From the NCBI RefSeq assembly GCF_009914755.1, contig NC_060947.1: DNA of 64,000 nt. One strand, 5' to 3'. Source of the DNA: the human T2T-CHM13v2.0 reference genome, Homo sapiens. The first letter of the stretch is position 1. Each line of letters begins with the position of its first letter. The notes under the pieces are model-generated. The model saw nothing but the letters and a program-made list of their open reading frames with translations. It was not told the origin of the DNA and did no database searches. Positions 1-14,590 of the stretch are shown here, piece after piece. The translations under genes and the position numbers were made by a program.

Positions 1-3000
1 TATAGCTAAAAGCTTCCATAAAGAGTTCACAGCAAAATGAAAAAGTAACCGTATCAATGTGAGTGATTTAAAAACAAAAAACAAATTTTTGTATAAATTA
101 TGAAAGCTAAATTGTTCTACATTAAATAATTCTATAAGATGCTATTCTATAAAACTTGTATTTAGTCTAATGATGTCCTTAAGGAAATTAGTCATTATAT
201 TACTTGCAGTCTGATTCATGAGGATTTTCCATATAAATTTCTTCCTAGTCTTAACATCAAAAATATTTGTGCATTTTTCTGAGCCAGTCTCCTGTTTTCA
301 TCTGATAGGCCCTATTAACTATGTTTTGGTTTCTCTAGTATGTGTATGGATTTAATGATATGTATTTTTCATACAAGCTTCATTCTCAGATATGTTTTAT
401 ATTCTACTATTGTCATTTTTTTCTTTGTCATAGAATTTATAATATTTCTCTCCTTTTAAATTTTCTTGTAAGTAGCCTTACATTCATGTTGGTGCAGGAT
501 GAAAAATAAATATTAGGTGTCAATTGACTATTAGACACTTGTTAGGTGTCTCAAAATCAACTGAATTCATAATGTCCAAAACTGAACTTATATCAATTTC
601 TTTGCAATGCATATATAGTACAGGAATATCTTATTTTATTGCACTTCACTTTATTGTGCCTTGCAGATATTGTGTTTTTTCTTTTTTACAAATGGGAGGT
701 TTGTAACAATGCTGTGTTGAGCAAGTCTATTAGTACTATTTGTTCAATAGCAAGTGTTCACATAGCATCTATGTATCATATTTTTGTTATTCTAACAATA
801 TCTCAAAGTTCATTATTATTATTATTATACCTGTTATGGTGATTTTTAATCAGCAGTCTTTGATGTTACCATTGTAAGTGTATGGGATGATGAATCACTC
901 CCATATAAGAAAGAAAATGTAATTGATCAATTTTGTAGATGTTTTGACTGCTCCAACTACCAGCCATTCCACATCTCTCTGCTTCTCCTTGGGTCTCCCC
1001 CTTTCCTGATACATAGTGCTATTAAAATTGGGCCAGCTAATAACCCTATAATGGCCTCTAAGTGTTCAAGTGAAATGAAGAGAAACAAATCTCTCACTTT
1101 AACTCAAAAGCTAGAAATGATGAAGCTTAGTGAGGAAGGCATGTCAAAAGCAAAAATAGGTTAAAAGCTAGGCCTCTGTGCCAGTTAGTCAAGTTGTGGA
1201 GGCAAAGAAAAATTCTTTGAAAAAAATTAAAAATGCTGTTCCAGTGAACACACAAATGATAAACAAGCAAGACACCCTTTTGCTGATATAGAGAAAATTT
1301 TAGTGGTCTGGATATGAGATCAAATCACATAGTATTTTCTTAAGCTAAAGCCTAATTCAGAGCAAGGCCCAAACTCTCTTCAACTCTCTGAAGGCTGACA
1401 GAAGTGAGGGAGCTGCAGACAGAAAATTTGAATCTAGCTGGGGTTGGTTCATGAGGTTTAAGGAAATAAGCCATCTGCATAATATAGAAGTGCAAGGTGA
1501 AGTAAATGCTAATGAAGAAGCTGCAGCAATTTATCCAGAAGATCTAGCTAAGATAATTGATGAAGGTGTCTACACTAAATAACAGATTTTTAGTGTAGAT
1601 AAAAAAACCATATATTGGAAGAAAATGTCATCAAGGGCTTTCATAGTTAGAGAGAAGTCAATGGTTGTCTTCAAAGCTTCAAAGGACAAGCTGACTTTCT
1701 GTTAGGGGCTAATGCATTTGGTGGCTAACTTGAAGCCAGTGTTCATTAACTATTCTGAAAATCCAAAGGCCCTTACAAATTATGCAAAATGCACTCTGCC
1801 TCTGCTCTATAAATGGAACAACACAGCCTTGATGAGAGCACATCTGTTTTCAGCATGGTTTACTAAATATTTTAAGCTCACTGTTGAGACCTACTGCTCG
1901 GAAAAAAAAAAAAAAGATCCAAAATGTTACTGCTCATTGAAAATGCAGCTAGTCATTTCAGAGCTCTGATGGAGATGTACATGATCATTAATGTCCTTTT
2001 GATACTTGCTAACACAACATCCATTCTATAGCACATGGCTAAAAGAGTCATTGGGACTTTCAAGTCTTATTATTTGATAAATATATTTTCTAATGCTATA
2101 GCTACCATAGATAGTGATTTCTCTGATGCATCTGGGAAAAGTAAATTGAGAACCTTCGGGAAAAAACTTGCCATTAAAGATGCCCTTAAAAATATTTGTA
2201 ATTCATGAAAGGAGCTTAAATTATTAATATTTACAGGAGTTTGAGAGACATTGGTTCCAATTTTCATGGATAACTTTTAGTGGTTCAAGACTTCAGTGGG
2301 GGAAGTAACTGCAGATATTGTAGAAATAGCAAAAATACTATAATTGGAAGTGGAGCCTGAAGATGTGACTGAATTATTGCAATCTCATAATGAAAATTGA
2401 AAAGATGAGAAGTCATTTCTCATGAATGAGCAAAGAACATAGTTTTATAAGATGAAATCTATTCCTGGCGAAGATGTCGAGGACTTTGCTGAAATGACAA
2501 GAACGGATTCAGATTATTTCATAAATGAAGTTGATAAACCAGAGACAAGGTTTGAGAGAATTGACTCCAGTTTTGTTTTTGTTTTTTTTTTTTTTTTAAG
2601 GTTAAGAGGTATATGCTTGTTGGCCACTTGTATGTCTTCTTTGGAAAAGTGTCTATCTATGTTCTTTGCCCACTTTTTAATGGGATTTGTTTTCACTTGT
2701 AAATTTGTGTAATTTCCTTATAGATGTTGGATATCAGACCTTTGTCAGATATCCAACAAATTTTTAGCTTGCAAATGTTTTCCCATTCTATATATTGTCT
2801 GTTTACCCTGTTGATAGTTTCTTTTGTTGTGCAGAAGCTCTGCAGATTAATAAGATCCCAGTTGTCAATTTTATTTTTGTTGCAATTACTTTTGGCTACT
2901 TTGTCATAAAATCTTTTCCAGTTCTTATGTTCAGTATGTTACCACCTAGGTTGTTGTCCAGAGTTTTTATAGTTATGGGTTTTACATTTAAGTGTTTAAT

Positions 3001-3270
3001 CCATCTCAAATTGATTTTGTATATGGTGTAAAGAAAGGGTCCAGTTTCAATTCTCTGCATATGGTTAGCCAGTTATCCCAGCACCATTTACTGAATGAAG
3101 AGTCCTTTCCCTACTGCTTGTTTTTTGTCGGTTTTGTCAAAAATTATACGGTTGTAAGTATGTGGCCTTATTTCTGGGCTATCTATTCTGTTCTATTGGT
3201 CCATGTGTCCTTTTTTTTTTTGCACCAGTACCGTGTTGATTTTGATTACTGTAACCCTGTAGTATAGTTT

Positions 3271-4054
3271 TGATATGGACAGGAGGGAGGGAAATGCTGA
3301 GAAGAGGGCAGTTCCCTGACAAAGGCCCCACCCTCAAGCCCAGAAACTGCATTCCTAAATGAGAACAGTTATACCTGTTTTCCCACGTGAATGTTGCTTT
3401 TTCCAAAACCACCCTGGCACATCATGCCCCCCATCGTGTACCCATAAAAAACCCGAATTCCACTGGTAGAAGAGTGGAGCAATGTGGCAGAGGAGTAGAG
3501 AAGAGAAGAAGCAACTGAGAGTCAGAGACTACAGACGGACGTGGCTTAACTTCAGACAGCATGTCTTCGGAGAGGAGCTCAGCCAGAGCCAGCCGGGCTT
3601 CAGGAAATAATCACCTTCTTCCGCATCTTTCCACTTCCAGCTCCCCTTCCACTGACAGCCACTTTCACTACTTAATAAAATCTCCACATTCACCATCCTT
3701 CAAGTCCATGTGACCTGATTCTTCCTGGATGCTGGACAAGAAACCCGGTACCAAGATGGCAGGGTGTAAGAGGCTTTCACCCTGACTCTTCACTGAGCTG
3801 GTTAACAGCCATCTGCAGATGACTAATACTAAAAGAGCTTTGTTTGTAACACACACCCTCTGGGGCTCCAGAAGTCATGGGCAACCACTAGACGGCCATG
3901 GGCTGGTACAGGGTTTGTTCCTGCCAGCTCCTAAAGGCACTTGCCCCAGCTCCTGCATCAGCTCATCTATGTGCTCCCCCTTCCACAAGGGTTTTGAGCC
4001 CAGCCACATCCTGTTGCAAGTCCCTTGAGGGGGTCAAGGAAATGTCCTTTCTCA
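3271..4054 (+). mobile_element. Solo ERV1 LTR, LTR1-family-like
   Basis: TG...CA ends, 784 bp, 4-bp TSD GTTT restores L1 gtatagtttgaagtcagg; AATAAA at ~3674. Family assigned from the remembered 5' end TGATATGGACAGG..AAAGGCCCCACCCTCAAGCC. Confidence 0.75.
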
Positions 4055-4671
4055 GTTTGAAGTCAGGTAGCATGACACTTCTTGCTTTGTTCTCTTTCCT
4101 TTGGATTGCCTTGGCTATTTGGGCTAGTTTTAGTTTCATAAAAATTTTAAAATAGCTTTTTCTAGTTCTTTGAAGAATGTCACTGGTAGTTTGACAGCTG
4201 TAGCATTGAACCTGTAAATTGTTTTTGACCGTGTGGCCATATTAATGACACGAATTCTTCATTCACAAACATAAAAGGGTTTTCTATTTGTTTGTGTCAT
4301 CTCTGATCTCTTCCAGCAGTGTTTTGTAATTCTCATTGTACAGGTATTTCACTTTCCTGGTTAGCTATATTCATAGGTATTTTATTATTTTTGTGGTACT
4401 GGAAATGGAATTGTGTTCCTGATTTTGTTTGTGGCTTGGCTGTTGTTGGTGTACAGGAATGCTAGTGTTTTTGTATGTTGATTTTGTGTCCTGAATCTTT
4501 GCTGAAGTTGCTTATTAGTGTAAAGAGTTTTGGGACCAAGACAACAGTTTTTTTTATAGATATACAATCATGTCATTGACAATTATGGATAGTCAACTTC
4601 CTCTCTTCCTATTTGGACATGCTTTATTTACTTTGCCTGCTTGGTCTGGCCAGGACTTCCAATATTATGTT

Positions 4672-5082
4672 TGATATGGTTTGGATCTGTGTCCTTGACC
4701 AAATCTCATGTTCAAATGTAATCCCCAATTCTGGAGATGGAGCCTCATGGGGGCTATTAGTTCATGATGGTGGTTTCTCATGATTTAACTCCATCCCCCC
4801 TTGGTGCTGTCATTGCAACAGTGAGTTCTCATGACATCTAGTTGTTTGAAAGTGTGTGGCACCTCCCTCCTCTCTCTCTTGGCCTTGCTCCTTCCATGCA
4901 AGATCCTATGCCTGCTTTGCCTTCTGCCTTGAGTAAAAGCTCTCTGAGGTCACCCCAGAAGCAGATGCTATCATGATTCCTTTGCAAACTGCAGGACTGT
5001 GAGCTAATTAAACATTTTTTTTTTTTGTAAATTAACCAATCTCAGGTATTTCTTTATAGGAATGTAAGAATGAACTAATACA
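4672..5082 (+). mobile_element. MSTA solo LTR (ERVL-MaLR)
   Basis: TGATATGGTTTGGATCTGTGTC...AACTAATACA; 5-bp TSD ATGTT on both sides. Confidence 0.88.
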
Positions 5083-5735
5083 ATGTTGAATAGTAATGAT
5101 GAGAGAGGACATCATTGTCTTTTGCCAGTTTTCAAGGGGAATTCTTCCAGCATTTGTCCATTCAGTATAATGTTGGCTGTGGGTTTGAAATAGATGACTC
5201 TTATTATTTTAAGATGTGTCCCTTCAATACCAATTTATTGGGAACTTTTAACATAAAGAGATGTTAAATTTTGTCAAAAGCTTTTTCTGTATCTGTTGAG
5301 TTAACCATGTGTTTTTTGTCTTTAGTTCTGTTTATGTGTTGAATTATGTTTATTTATTTGCATATGTTGAACCAATCTTGCATCACTGTGATAGCCTACT
5401 TGATGATGGTGGCTTAGCTTTTTGATGTGCTGCTTGATTTGATTTGCTAGTATTTTTTGAGGATTTTAGCATCAATGTTCACCAAGAATATTGGCTAAAG
5501 TTTTCTTTTTTGTTGTTGTGATTCTGCCAGGTTTTGGTATCAGGTTGATTCTGGCCTCATAGAATGAGTTAGGGAGGAATCCTTTTTCCTCAATTTTTGG
5601 GAATAGTTTCAGTAGAAATAGTATCAGCTCTTCTATATACATCTGATAGAATTTGACTGTGACTGCATCTGGTCCTGGGCTTTTTATTTTTGGTTGGTTA
5701 TTTATTACTGATTCAATTTCAGAGCTCTTTATTGG

Positions 5736-8032
5736 TGTACTAGTTCATTCTCTTGCTGCTATGAAGAAATACCTGAGATGTGTACTTTATAAAGAAAAGT
5801 GGTTTAATTGACTCACAGTTCTGCATGGCTGGGGAGGCCACAGGAAACTTAAAGTCATGGCAAAAGGCACCTCTTCACAGGGTGGCAGGGGAGATAATGA
5901 ATGAGGGCTGAAAGAAGGGGAAAGCACCTTATAAAACCATCAGATCTCATGAGAACTTACTATCATGAGAATAGCATTGGGGAAACCAACCATGTGAATC
6001 AATTACCTCTCACCAGGTCCCTCCCACAACACGTGGAGATTATGGGAATTATAATTCAACATGAGATTTGGGTGGGGACACAGCTAAACCATATCATTCT
6101 ACCCCGACCTATCCCAAATCTCATGTCCTCACATTTCAAAACACAATCTTGCTCTTCCAACAGTCTCCCAAAGTCTTAATTTATTCCAGCATTAACTCAA
6201 AATTCCAAGTCCATAGCCTCATCTGAGGCAAGGCAAGTCGATTCTGCCTATGAGCCTGTAAAATCAAAAGCAAGTTACTTACTTCCTAGATACAATGGAA
6301 GTTCAGGCATTGGGTAACTACACATGCTTCAAATGAGAGAAATTGGCCAAAACAAAGGAGCTACAGTCCACACTCAAGTCAGAAATCCAATACGGCAGTC
6401 ATTAAACCTTAAAGTTTGTTTGACCCCATGTCTCACATCCAGGGCATGGTGATGCAAGAGGTGGGCTCCCACAACCTTGGGCAGCTTTGCCCTTGTGGCT
6501 TTGCAGGTTATAGCCCCCTGTACTGACTGCTTTCACAGGCCGGCATTGAGAGTCTGTGGCTTTTCCAGGTGTATGGCAGAAGCTGTCAGTGGATCTACCA
6601 TTCTAGGGTGTATAGGATGCTGGCCTTCTTCTCACAGCTCTTCTAAGCAGTGCCCCAGTGGGGACTGTGTGTAGGGGCTCTGACCCAACATTTGCCTTCT
6701 GCATCACCCTAGCAGAGGTTCTCCATGAGGGCTGTGCCCCTGCAGTGGATTTCTTCCTGGACATCCAAGCATTTCCATACATCCTCTGAAATCTAGGTGG
6801 AGGTTCCCAAAGCTCAATCCTTGTCTTCTGTGCACTTGCAGGATAAATACCACGTGGAAGTTGACAAGGCTTATGGCTTACACCCTGTAAAGCAATGGCC
6901 TGAGCTGAACCTTGGCCCCTTTTAGCCATGGCTGGAGCTGAAGCAACTGGGACACAAGGCACCATGTATCAAGGCAGTATGGAGCAGGTGGGCCCTGGGC
7001 CCAGCCCAGGAAACCATTTTTTCCTCCTAGGACTCTGGGCCTGTGATGGGAGAGCCTGCTGCGAAGGTCTCTGACATGCACTGGAGACATTTTCCCCATT
7101 GTTTGGGGATTAACATTTGGCTCCTTGTTACTTATGCAAATTTCTGCAGTGAGCTTAAATTTCTCCTGAGAAAATAGGTTTTTCTTTTCTATCACACTAT
7201 CAGCCTGCAAATTTTCCCAAACTTTTATGCTCTGTTTCCTCTGGAATGCTTTGCTGCTTAGAAATTTCTTCCACCAGATACCCTAACTCATCTCTCTCAA
7301 GTTCAAAGTTCCACATATCACTAGGGCAGAGGCAAAATGCCATCAGTCTCTTTGCACAGCAAGAGTGACTTTTACTCCAGTTCCTAAGAAGTTCCTCATC
7401 TCCATCTGAGACCACCTCAGCCTGAACATCATTGTTCATATCACTGTCAGCATTTTGGACAAAGCCATTCAACAGGTGTCTATGAAGTTCCAAACATTCA
7501 CATCTTCCTGTCTTCTGAGTTCTCCAAGTCTTTAGGAAGTTCCAAACTTTACCACATTTTCCTGTCATCTTCTGAGACCTCCAAACTATTCCAACCTCTG
7601 CCTGTTACCCAGTTCTAATGTTGCTTCCACATTTTGGGGTATCTTTATAGCAGCACCCCACTGTCTGCAGTACCAATTTACTGTATTATTTCATTCTCAT
7701 GTTGCTGTGAAGAAATACAGAGACTAGGTGATTTATAAAGAAAAGAGGTTTAATTGACTCACAGCTCTGCGTGGCTGCGGAGGCCTCAGGAAATTTACAA
7801 TCATGGTGGAAGGCACCTCTTCACAGGGTGGCAGGAAAGAGAATGAGTGAGAGCTGAGTGAAGGAGGAAGACCCCTCAGATTTCATGAGAACTTACTATC
7901 ATGAAAATAGCATGGGGGAAATCACCTACATGATTAAATTACCTCCTACCAGGTCCCTCCCATGACACATGGGGATTATGGGAACTACAATTTGACATGA
8001 GATTTGGGTGAGGACATAGCCTAACCATATCA
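5736..8032 (-). mobile_element. Complete THE1C element: LTRs 5736-6096 and 7682-8032, internal region 6097-7681
   Basis: Two direct LTRs with the THE1C-type GGCACCTCTTCACAGGGTGGCAGG motif, ~1.6-kb MaLR internal region (CLELHRHLLNGFVQNADSDM remnant), TSD ATTGG/ATTAG. Confidence 0.92.
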
Positions 8033-8418
8033 ATTAGTATGTTCAGGGATTCAATTTCTTCCTGGTTCAGTCTTCGGAGGGTGTATGTGTCCAGGAATGT
8101 ATTCACTTCTTCTAGATATTTTAGTTTCTGTGCATAGAGGTGTTCATACTAGTCTCTGATAGTTATTTGTATTTCTGTCATGTTACTAGTGGCATCCCCT
8201 TTGTTGTTTCTAATTGTTTTTATCTGGATCTTCTTTCTTTTCTTTTTTATTAGTTTAACTAGTGACCTATCCATCTTATTAATTTTCTTCAAAAAAGCAA
8301 CTCCTGCATTTGGTTATCTTTTTCATGTCTTAATCTTGTTAAGTTCAGCTCTGCTTTTGCTTATTTCTTGTCTTCTGCAAACTTTGGGATTGGTTTGCTC
8401 TTGCTTATCTAGTTCTTT

Positions 8419-8885
8419 TGTAGCAGGACGAGACGCAGACAAAATCCCTCAGACACCGAGTTAAAGAAGGAAGGGCTTTATTCGGCCAGGAGCGTTGGCA
8501 AGACTCACATCTCAAAAACCGAGCTCCCCGAGTGAACAATTCCTGTCCCTTTTAAGGGCTTACAACTCTAAGGGGGTCCGCATGAGAGGGTCGTGATCAA
8601 TTGAGCAAGCAGTGGGTACCTGACTGGGGGCTGCATGCACTGGTAATTAGAATGAAACAGAACAGAACAGGACAGGGATTTTCACAGTGCTTTTCCATCC
8701 AATGTCTGAAATCTATAGATAACACAAGCAGTTAGGTCAGGGGTTGATTTTTAACTATCAGGCCCAGGGTGTGGTGCTGGGCTATCTGCTTGTGGATTCC
8801 ATTTCTGCATTTTAGTTTTTACTTCTTCTTCCTTTAGAGGCAGAAATTGGGCATAAGACCATATGAAGGGTGGTCTCCTCCCTTA
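8419..8885 (-). mobile_element. Solo LTR2-family LTR (HERV-E/Harlequin)
   Basis: Minus strand starts TAAGGGAGGAGACCACCC and ends GTCCTGCTACA; 467 bp; 4-bp TSD CTTT. Confidence 0.85.
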
Positions 8886-11800
8886 CTTTTTGTTGTGATG
8901 CTAGGTTGCTAAATCAAGATCTTTCTAACTTTTGATGTGAGCATTTAGTGCTATGAATTTCTCTCTGAACACTACCTTAGCTGCATCTTAGAGATTCTGC
9001 TTTGTTGTATATTAGCTCTCATTAGTTCCAAAGAACTTCTTGATTTCTGCCTTAATTTCATTATTTACCAAAAAGTCATTCAGGAGCGGGTTGTTTAGTT
9101 TCTACTCAATTGCATGATTTTCAGTTATTTTTGTAGTCTTGGATTCTATTTTTATGATTTCGATTCTTTTGAATTTGCTGAGAATTATTTTATTTTGGAT
9201 TGTGTGGTCAATTTTAGTGTAGGTACATTGTGATGATGAGAAGAATGTATATTCTACTGTTGTTCAGTGGACAGTTTTGTAGATGTCTATCAGGTTTATT
9301 TGGTCCAGTATTGAGGTCAGGTCCTGTATATGTTCGTTAATTTTCTGTCATGATGATCTGTCTAATACTGTCAGTGGGGTATTGAAGTCTCTCACTATTC
9401 TTGTGTGGGAGACTAAGTCTCTTTAAAGGTCTCTAAGAACTTCCTTTATGAATCTGTGTGTTCCTGGGTTAGGTGCATATATATTAGGGACAGTTAGGTC
9501 TTCTTGTTGAATTGAACTCTTTACCATTATGTAATTCCTTTCTTTGTCCTTTTTGATTTTTGTTGGTTTCAAGTCTGTTTTGTCTGAAATTAGGATTGCA
9601 ACTCCTGGGTTTTTTTCCATTTGCTTGGTAGATTTTTCTTCATCCCTTTATTTTGAGCTTATATTTGTCACTGCATGTGAAATGGGTCTTGTGAAGATAG
9701 CATAGTATTGGGTTCTCTTTCTTTATCCAGCTTGACACTCTGTACCTTTCATTTGGGGCATTTAGCCCATTTACATTCAAGATTATTATTGATATATGTG
9801 TATTTGATCATGTTACAATGTTATTAGGTGATTGTTATGCAGACTTGTTTATGTGGTTGCTTTAAAGTGTCACTGGTTTGTGTACTTAAGTGTGTATTTC
9901 AGTGACTGGTAACAATCTTTCTTTCTCATATTTAGTGTTTCTTTCAGGAACACTTGTAAGTTCTAGTGGCAACTAATATCCTCAGCATTTGTTTGTCTGA
10001 AAATAATCTAATTACTCCTTCACTTATGAATCTTAGTTTGGCCGGATATAAAATTCTTGGTAGGAATTTCTTTTCTATAAGAATGTTGAATATAGGACCC
10101 TAAGCTCTTCTGGCTTGTAGGTTTTCTGCTTTGAGGTCTGCTGTTAGTCTAATGGGCTTCCCTTTGTAGGTGACTTGCCCTTTTCTCTAGCTGCCTGTAA
10201 CATTATTTTTTATTTTTGACCCTGAAGAATATGATGGTTATGTATCTTAGGGACAATCTTTGTGTGAAGTATCTTACAGGGGTTCTCTGCATTTCTTGAA
10301 TTTAACTATTTACCTTACTAGCTAATCTGGGGAAGTACTCATGGATGATATTCTGAAATATGTTTTACTAGTTACTTTCATTCTCCCCTTCTCTTTCAGG
10401 GATGCCAATGGGTCATAAATTCAATCTCTTAATTCCATGTTTCTTGGAGATTTTGTTTGTTTCTTGTCATTTTTTAAATTCTTGTCTGACTGTCTTATTT
10501 CAGAAAGCCAATCTTCAGGTTTGGAGATTCTTTTCAAAGCTTGGTCTATTTTTCTATTAATATGTGTGATTGCATTATGAAATTCTTGTAGTGTATTTTT
10601 CAGCTTGATCAGTTCAGTTACTTTTCTATACCGGCTACTTTGTTTGTCAGCTGCTGTATCATTTTACTGTGATTCTTAGCTTCCTTAGGTTGGGTTTCAA
10701 CATATTCCTAGATCTTGATCTTCATTCCTATGCACATTCTGAATGCTATTTCTGTCATATCAGCCAATTCAGCCTGGTTAAGAATTCTTGCTGGAGAAAT
10801 AGTATGGACATTTAAAGGAAAGAATGCATTCTGGCTTTTTGAGTTGTCAGAGTTCTTGTGCTTGTTCTTTCTCATCTGTGTGGGCTGATATTCCTTCAAT
10901 CTTTGAAGTTATTGTCTTTGGGAATTTTTTCCTTTTATCCTATTTGATATCCTTTAGGGTTTGATTATGATATAACGTAGGTTTAGTCTCCTGGCTTCAT
11001 TTCTTGAAGGTTTTAGGGGGGCAAGGCTCAGCTCAGGACTCCTTGACTGCATCCTCTAACTCTGGGAGAATGGCATCAGGCCCTGGCTTTGTTCTCTGTC
11101 TTCTCTAGGTTAGGAACCTGAGTGCTAGAGAGGCCAATGTGCTTTCAGACTGCTGGTCATGACAGTCCAATATGTGGTGCCAGCCAAAGTACTTTATATG
11201 GCAGTGGTAGTGGGATCCATCCTTGTCACACATGCCAGCAGTAACAGCAGTGGGAACATGGTGGGGTGCATATTCGTTGGCTGTGGCAGGGTGTTAGCAG
11301 GTGTTTAGGTGCCAACCTCCAAGCAGATGTTCACAGCAGCAGTGGTGGCAGCACAGCTAGAGTGAATGCCAGGCTAGTGTCATGGGCAAGGCCAGCAGAC
11401 TTAGGGGAGCTCAGGTTGGATGGGCTTCTTCTCATGGGCAAGACTGGCATGCAGAGTATAGGTTCCACAGTTCCCCTAGGACTAACATCTCCTATGGAGT
11501 CAAGTTGAGCCTAGGGAGATGGCCATCCCTGACCATGCTTCTCTACAGACACTCACACCAAACCCTCTGGACTCTACACTGGCTGGAATTCTGCCCCTAC
11601 CATAACTCTTAGCAGCTCTCTCTGTCAACTCAAGTGTCCATGGTGGTCGAGGAGTCTCCTTCTGCCAGTATTCCAGAGACCCGTGGTGAGAACAGGTTGT
11701 TGATTGCTTGTTCAACTCACCCTTTTCCTCAGGGTTCTTAGGGGCTAGGAACAAGTCCTGATGCACAGTAGACCCGTGCAAGGTTCCTAGCTTCCTCCCC

Positions 11801-12573
11801 TTTCAGCCCAGCATCTGTGTTTTTTCTCCATCCACTGTCAATGCCTTCTCTGTGAAGATCTACTGAGAGTGTGCCAGTCTTCCTGAAGTCCCATTTTTTT
11901 GGTGGGAGATGTTTATCCTGGCTGCATCTAATCAGCCATCTTACCTCCTTCTCTGATTCCAGTTTTAAATGAAATTCTACTACGGGTAAAATTCAATGAA
12001 AAAGCATCACTTGTTATGGAGAAAACTTTTATGAAAGGAAGAGTCAATTGATGCAGCAAATTTTAGTGTTGTTTTAAGAAATTGCCATGGCTAACCCCAA
12101 CTTTCACTAATCACAACCCAGATCAGTCAGCAGCCAACAATATCAAGGCAAGACCCTCAATCGGCAAAAAGATTCTGACTCACTGATGGCTCCAATGATT
12201 GTTAGCATTTTTCAGCAATAAAATATTTTTAATAAAGTTATATACATTGTTTTTTGGACATAATGCTATTTCACACTTAATATAGTATAGTGCGAACAGA
12301 ACTTTTATATTTACTACCAAAATTTGAATGACTTGTTTTATGGAGGTGCTCTGGACCCAAACTATTTCTGAGGTATACCTGTTTTTCTTATCTCAATGTA
12401 CTGCACCTTCCATGGGAAAAATTATAAACTATGAGATCATCCTTGACCACCTCCCACTTCCTCTTTCTTCCTCTCCAATATACCACTAATTCTGTAGATT
12501 TTACATAGTCAGCTTTTACCCATTTTCAATAATAAAAGATTTATAAGCTATCATCCTTTTTCATCTGGACTAG

Positions 12574-12895
<322 letters not shown>

Positions 12896-13589
12896 TTACT
12901 ACATTATTCTTATGAGTGATGTAATGCATCTAAGCATCTACCCTTTTCCCTTATCAATCTATGCTCTCCTCTGCATCCAGAAAGAGTGTTACAAATACAA
13001 ATGTTATCAAGTCACTCAGTTGTTTGAAAACTTGGAATGACTTCCCAATTCTCTTAGGAAAACAAAAGAGCTTGACATTAGTCTGTAGATACTATAAGTT
13101 TTAGCCCTTACATCTCCTTGTACGACTCTCTCTTTTGTTCTCTGTGCTCCTGTCATGCTGGGTTTCTTTCAGTTTTTTTTTTTTAAATATATGCCCCAGG
13201 GCCTTCACATTTGCTTTTTTCCCTACCTATAAATCTCCTAAGCAGTCCCTCTCTCACTACCATAAAACCCTACCCTACCTAATCATTAATTCCTCATTGA
13301 AATCTTTCTTAACTTTTCTGACTAGATTAGATCCCTTTATTGTACAATTTCATATTAATATGTACTTCTCCTTCATGGCACATAACACAGATTATGTTAC
13401 TTTTCTTTGTGTAATTATTTGGTTAATATTTATCTCCCCAACTATCTGCTATGGGTCATGAAACCAGAGGCAGCGACTATTTTTCCCACTATTTCTACCC
13501 AATTACCTACTTCAGTGACTGACATGTAGTACATCTTCAGTAAATCTAAATAAATTAATAAAAGAAACAAAGAGAGTGAAAGAAGTAAT

Positions 13590-13610
13590 ACACACACACA
13601 CACACACACA
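13590..13610. repeat. (CA)10 microsatellite
   Basis: Read directly from the sequence. Confidence 0.95.
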
Positions 13611-13756
13611 TAAAAAGAGAAAGAGAATTCTGTAAGTGTTCTTGTATTTGTGTAACATATTTAATATTGATTGTCCCTGTCCTAGGATTTATGTGATAAC
13701 TTATTTGAAAAAGACAAGGAGATTTTAGAGTTTTTCCAGAGACACAATGCTGAGAG

Positions 13757-13960
13757 CAATGCTGTCCAGTGGAACATCCTGCAATGATGGTACTGTTCTT
13801 TATTGGTACTGACAATAGAGTAGCTACTACTTACATGTGGTTGTTAAGCAACTGAAATGCAGCCAGTGTGACTGAGAAAGTAAATTTTTAATCTTATTTT
13901 ATTTTGACTACTTTCTATTTAAGTAAATACATGTGTCTGTGTTGCATGGAGTGGATATAG
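13757..13960 (+). mobile_element. MER3 (hAT-Charlie MITE)
   Basis: caatgctgtccagtggaac..tgcaatgatgg..acatgtgg..gtgtgactgag..aatttttaat matches the MER3 pattern. Confidence 0.7.
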
Positions 13961-14590
13961 AGATCAATTTTAAGCAGGAAAAATTCATAAAGAAGCCTAG
14001 TATGTCCCTGGTAGAAGTTAAATTATCTTCCAAGCCCTCAGATTTTTCACCTTCCACTAATTAAACAAAATATTATGAAATCCTAAAGTTTCCCAGAGTT
14101 GGCCATTGGATTTCAGAGGAAGGGTAAGGTGAAAGCCAAGTGATTGAGGATAGGTACTTTCCACTGCTTTCTACTCCTATACTTTCAAAAAAGAGCAGAA
14201 TTTTGTGTATTTGGTAAATTAATTTTTCACTTAACTTATTTGCATAAAGATCTGTACCACTTGAAAATTTTGAAAACCACTACCTTGTACAACAGATTGT
14301 ACCCATATTCAGAAAGCAGTACACGATATGTTTCCAGTATGTGGCTGTACATATTTATAGGAAGGGAAAGTTGCTATTCATGCGGAATGATAGGAGAGGC
14401 ACCTCTGTTTTTTCTCTCTCACCCACCTACCATAGTACAAATGAATATATGTACATAGAATATGAAAGATGTACAAAATAGGTCTAGAAATTATCTTGTC
14501 AAAACTTGTCCCATAACAATGAATTCCTAACAGAATACCTGACAAAGCAAATTAACTGTTTTAGAGCAGAGACTGGAATAGAGAAGTCAG

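Larger units (their letters stand above)
2575..11953 (-). mobile_element. Old primate LINE-1 (L1PA15/16-like) with 5'UTR, ORF1 and ORF2 remnants; four LTR elements nested inside
   Basis: Poly(T) at ~2575-2597. ORF2 remnants ([16 protein letters not shown]; GVAILISDKTD), ORF1 N-terminus (QMRKNKHKNSDNSKSQ), 5' end AAGATGGCTGATTAG on minus. TSD TGA(C/T)TCCAGTTTT at 2562-2574 and 11954-11966. Confidence 0.9.
621..12381 (+). mobile_element. Tigger1 DNA transposon (pogo-like), essentially full length (~2.37 kb in pieces 621-2574 and 11967-12381), transposase inactivated
   Basis: Starts after TA with CAGGAATATCTTATTTTATTGCACTTCAC and ends GAGGTATACCTG (terminal inverted repeats). Transposase remnants, e.g. 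1712-1969 [39 protein letters not shown]; many stops and frameshifts. Confidence 0.93.

Noticed and set aside
6477-7568. 65-122-aa ORFs in the THE1 internal region
   Set aside because: Fragments of the decayed MaLR internal ORF or its antisense strand.
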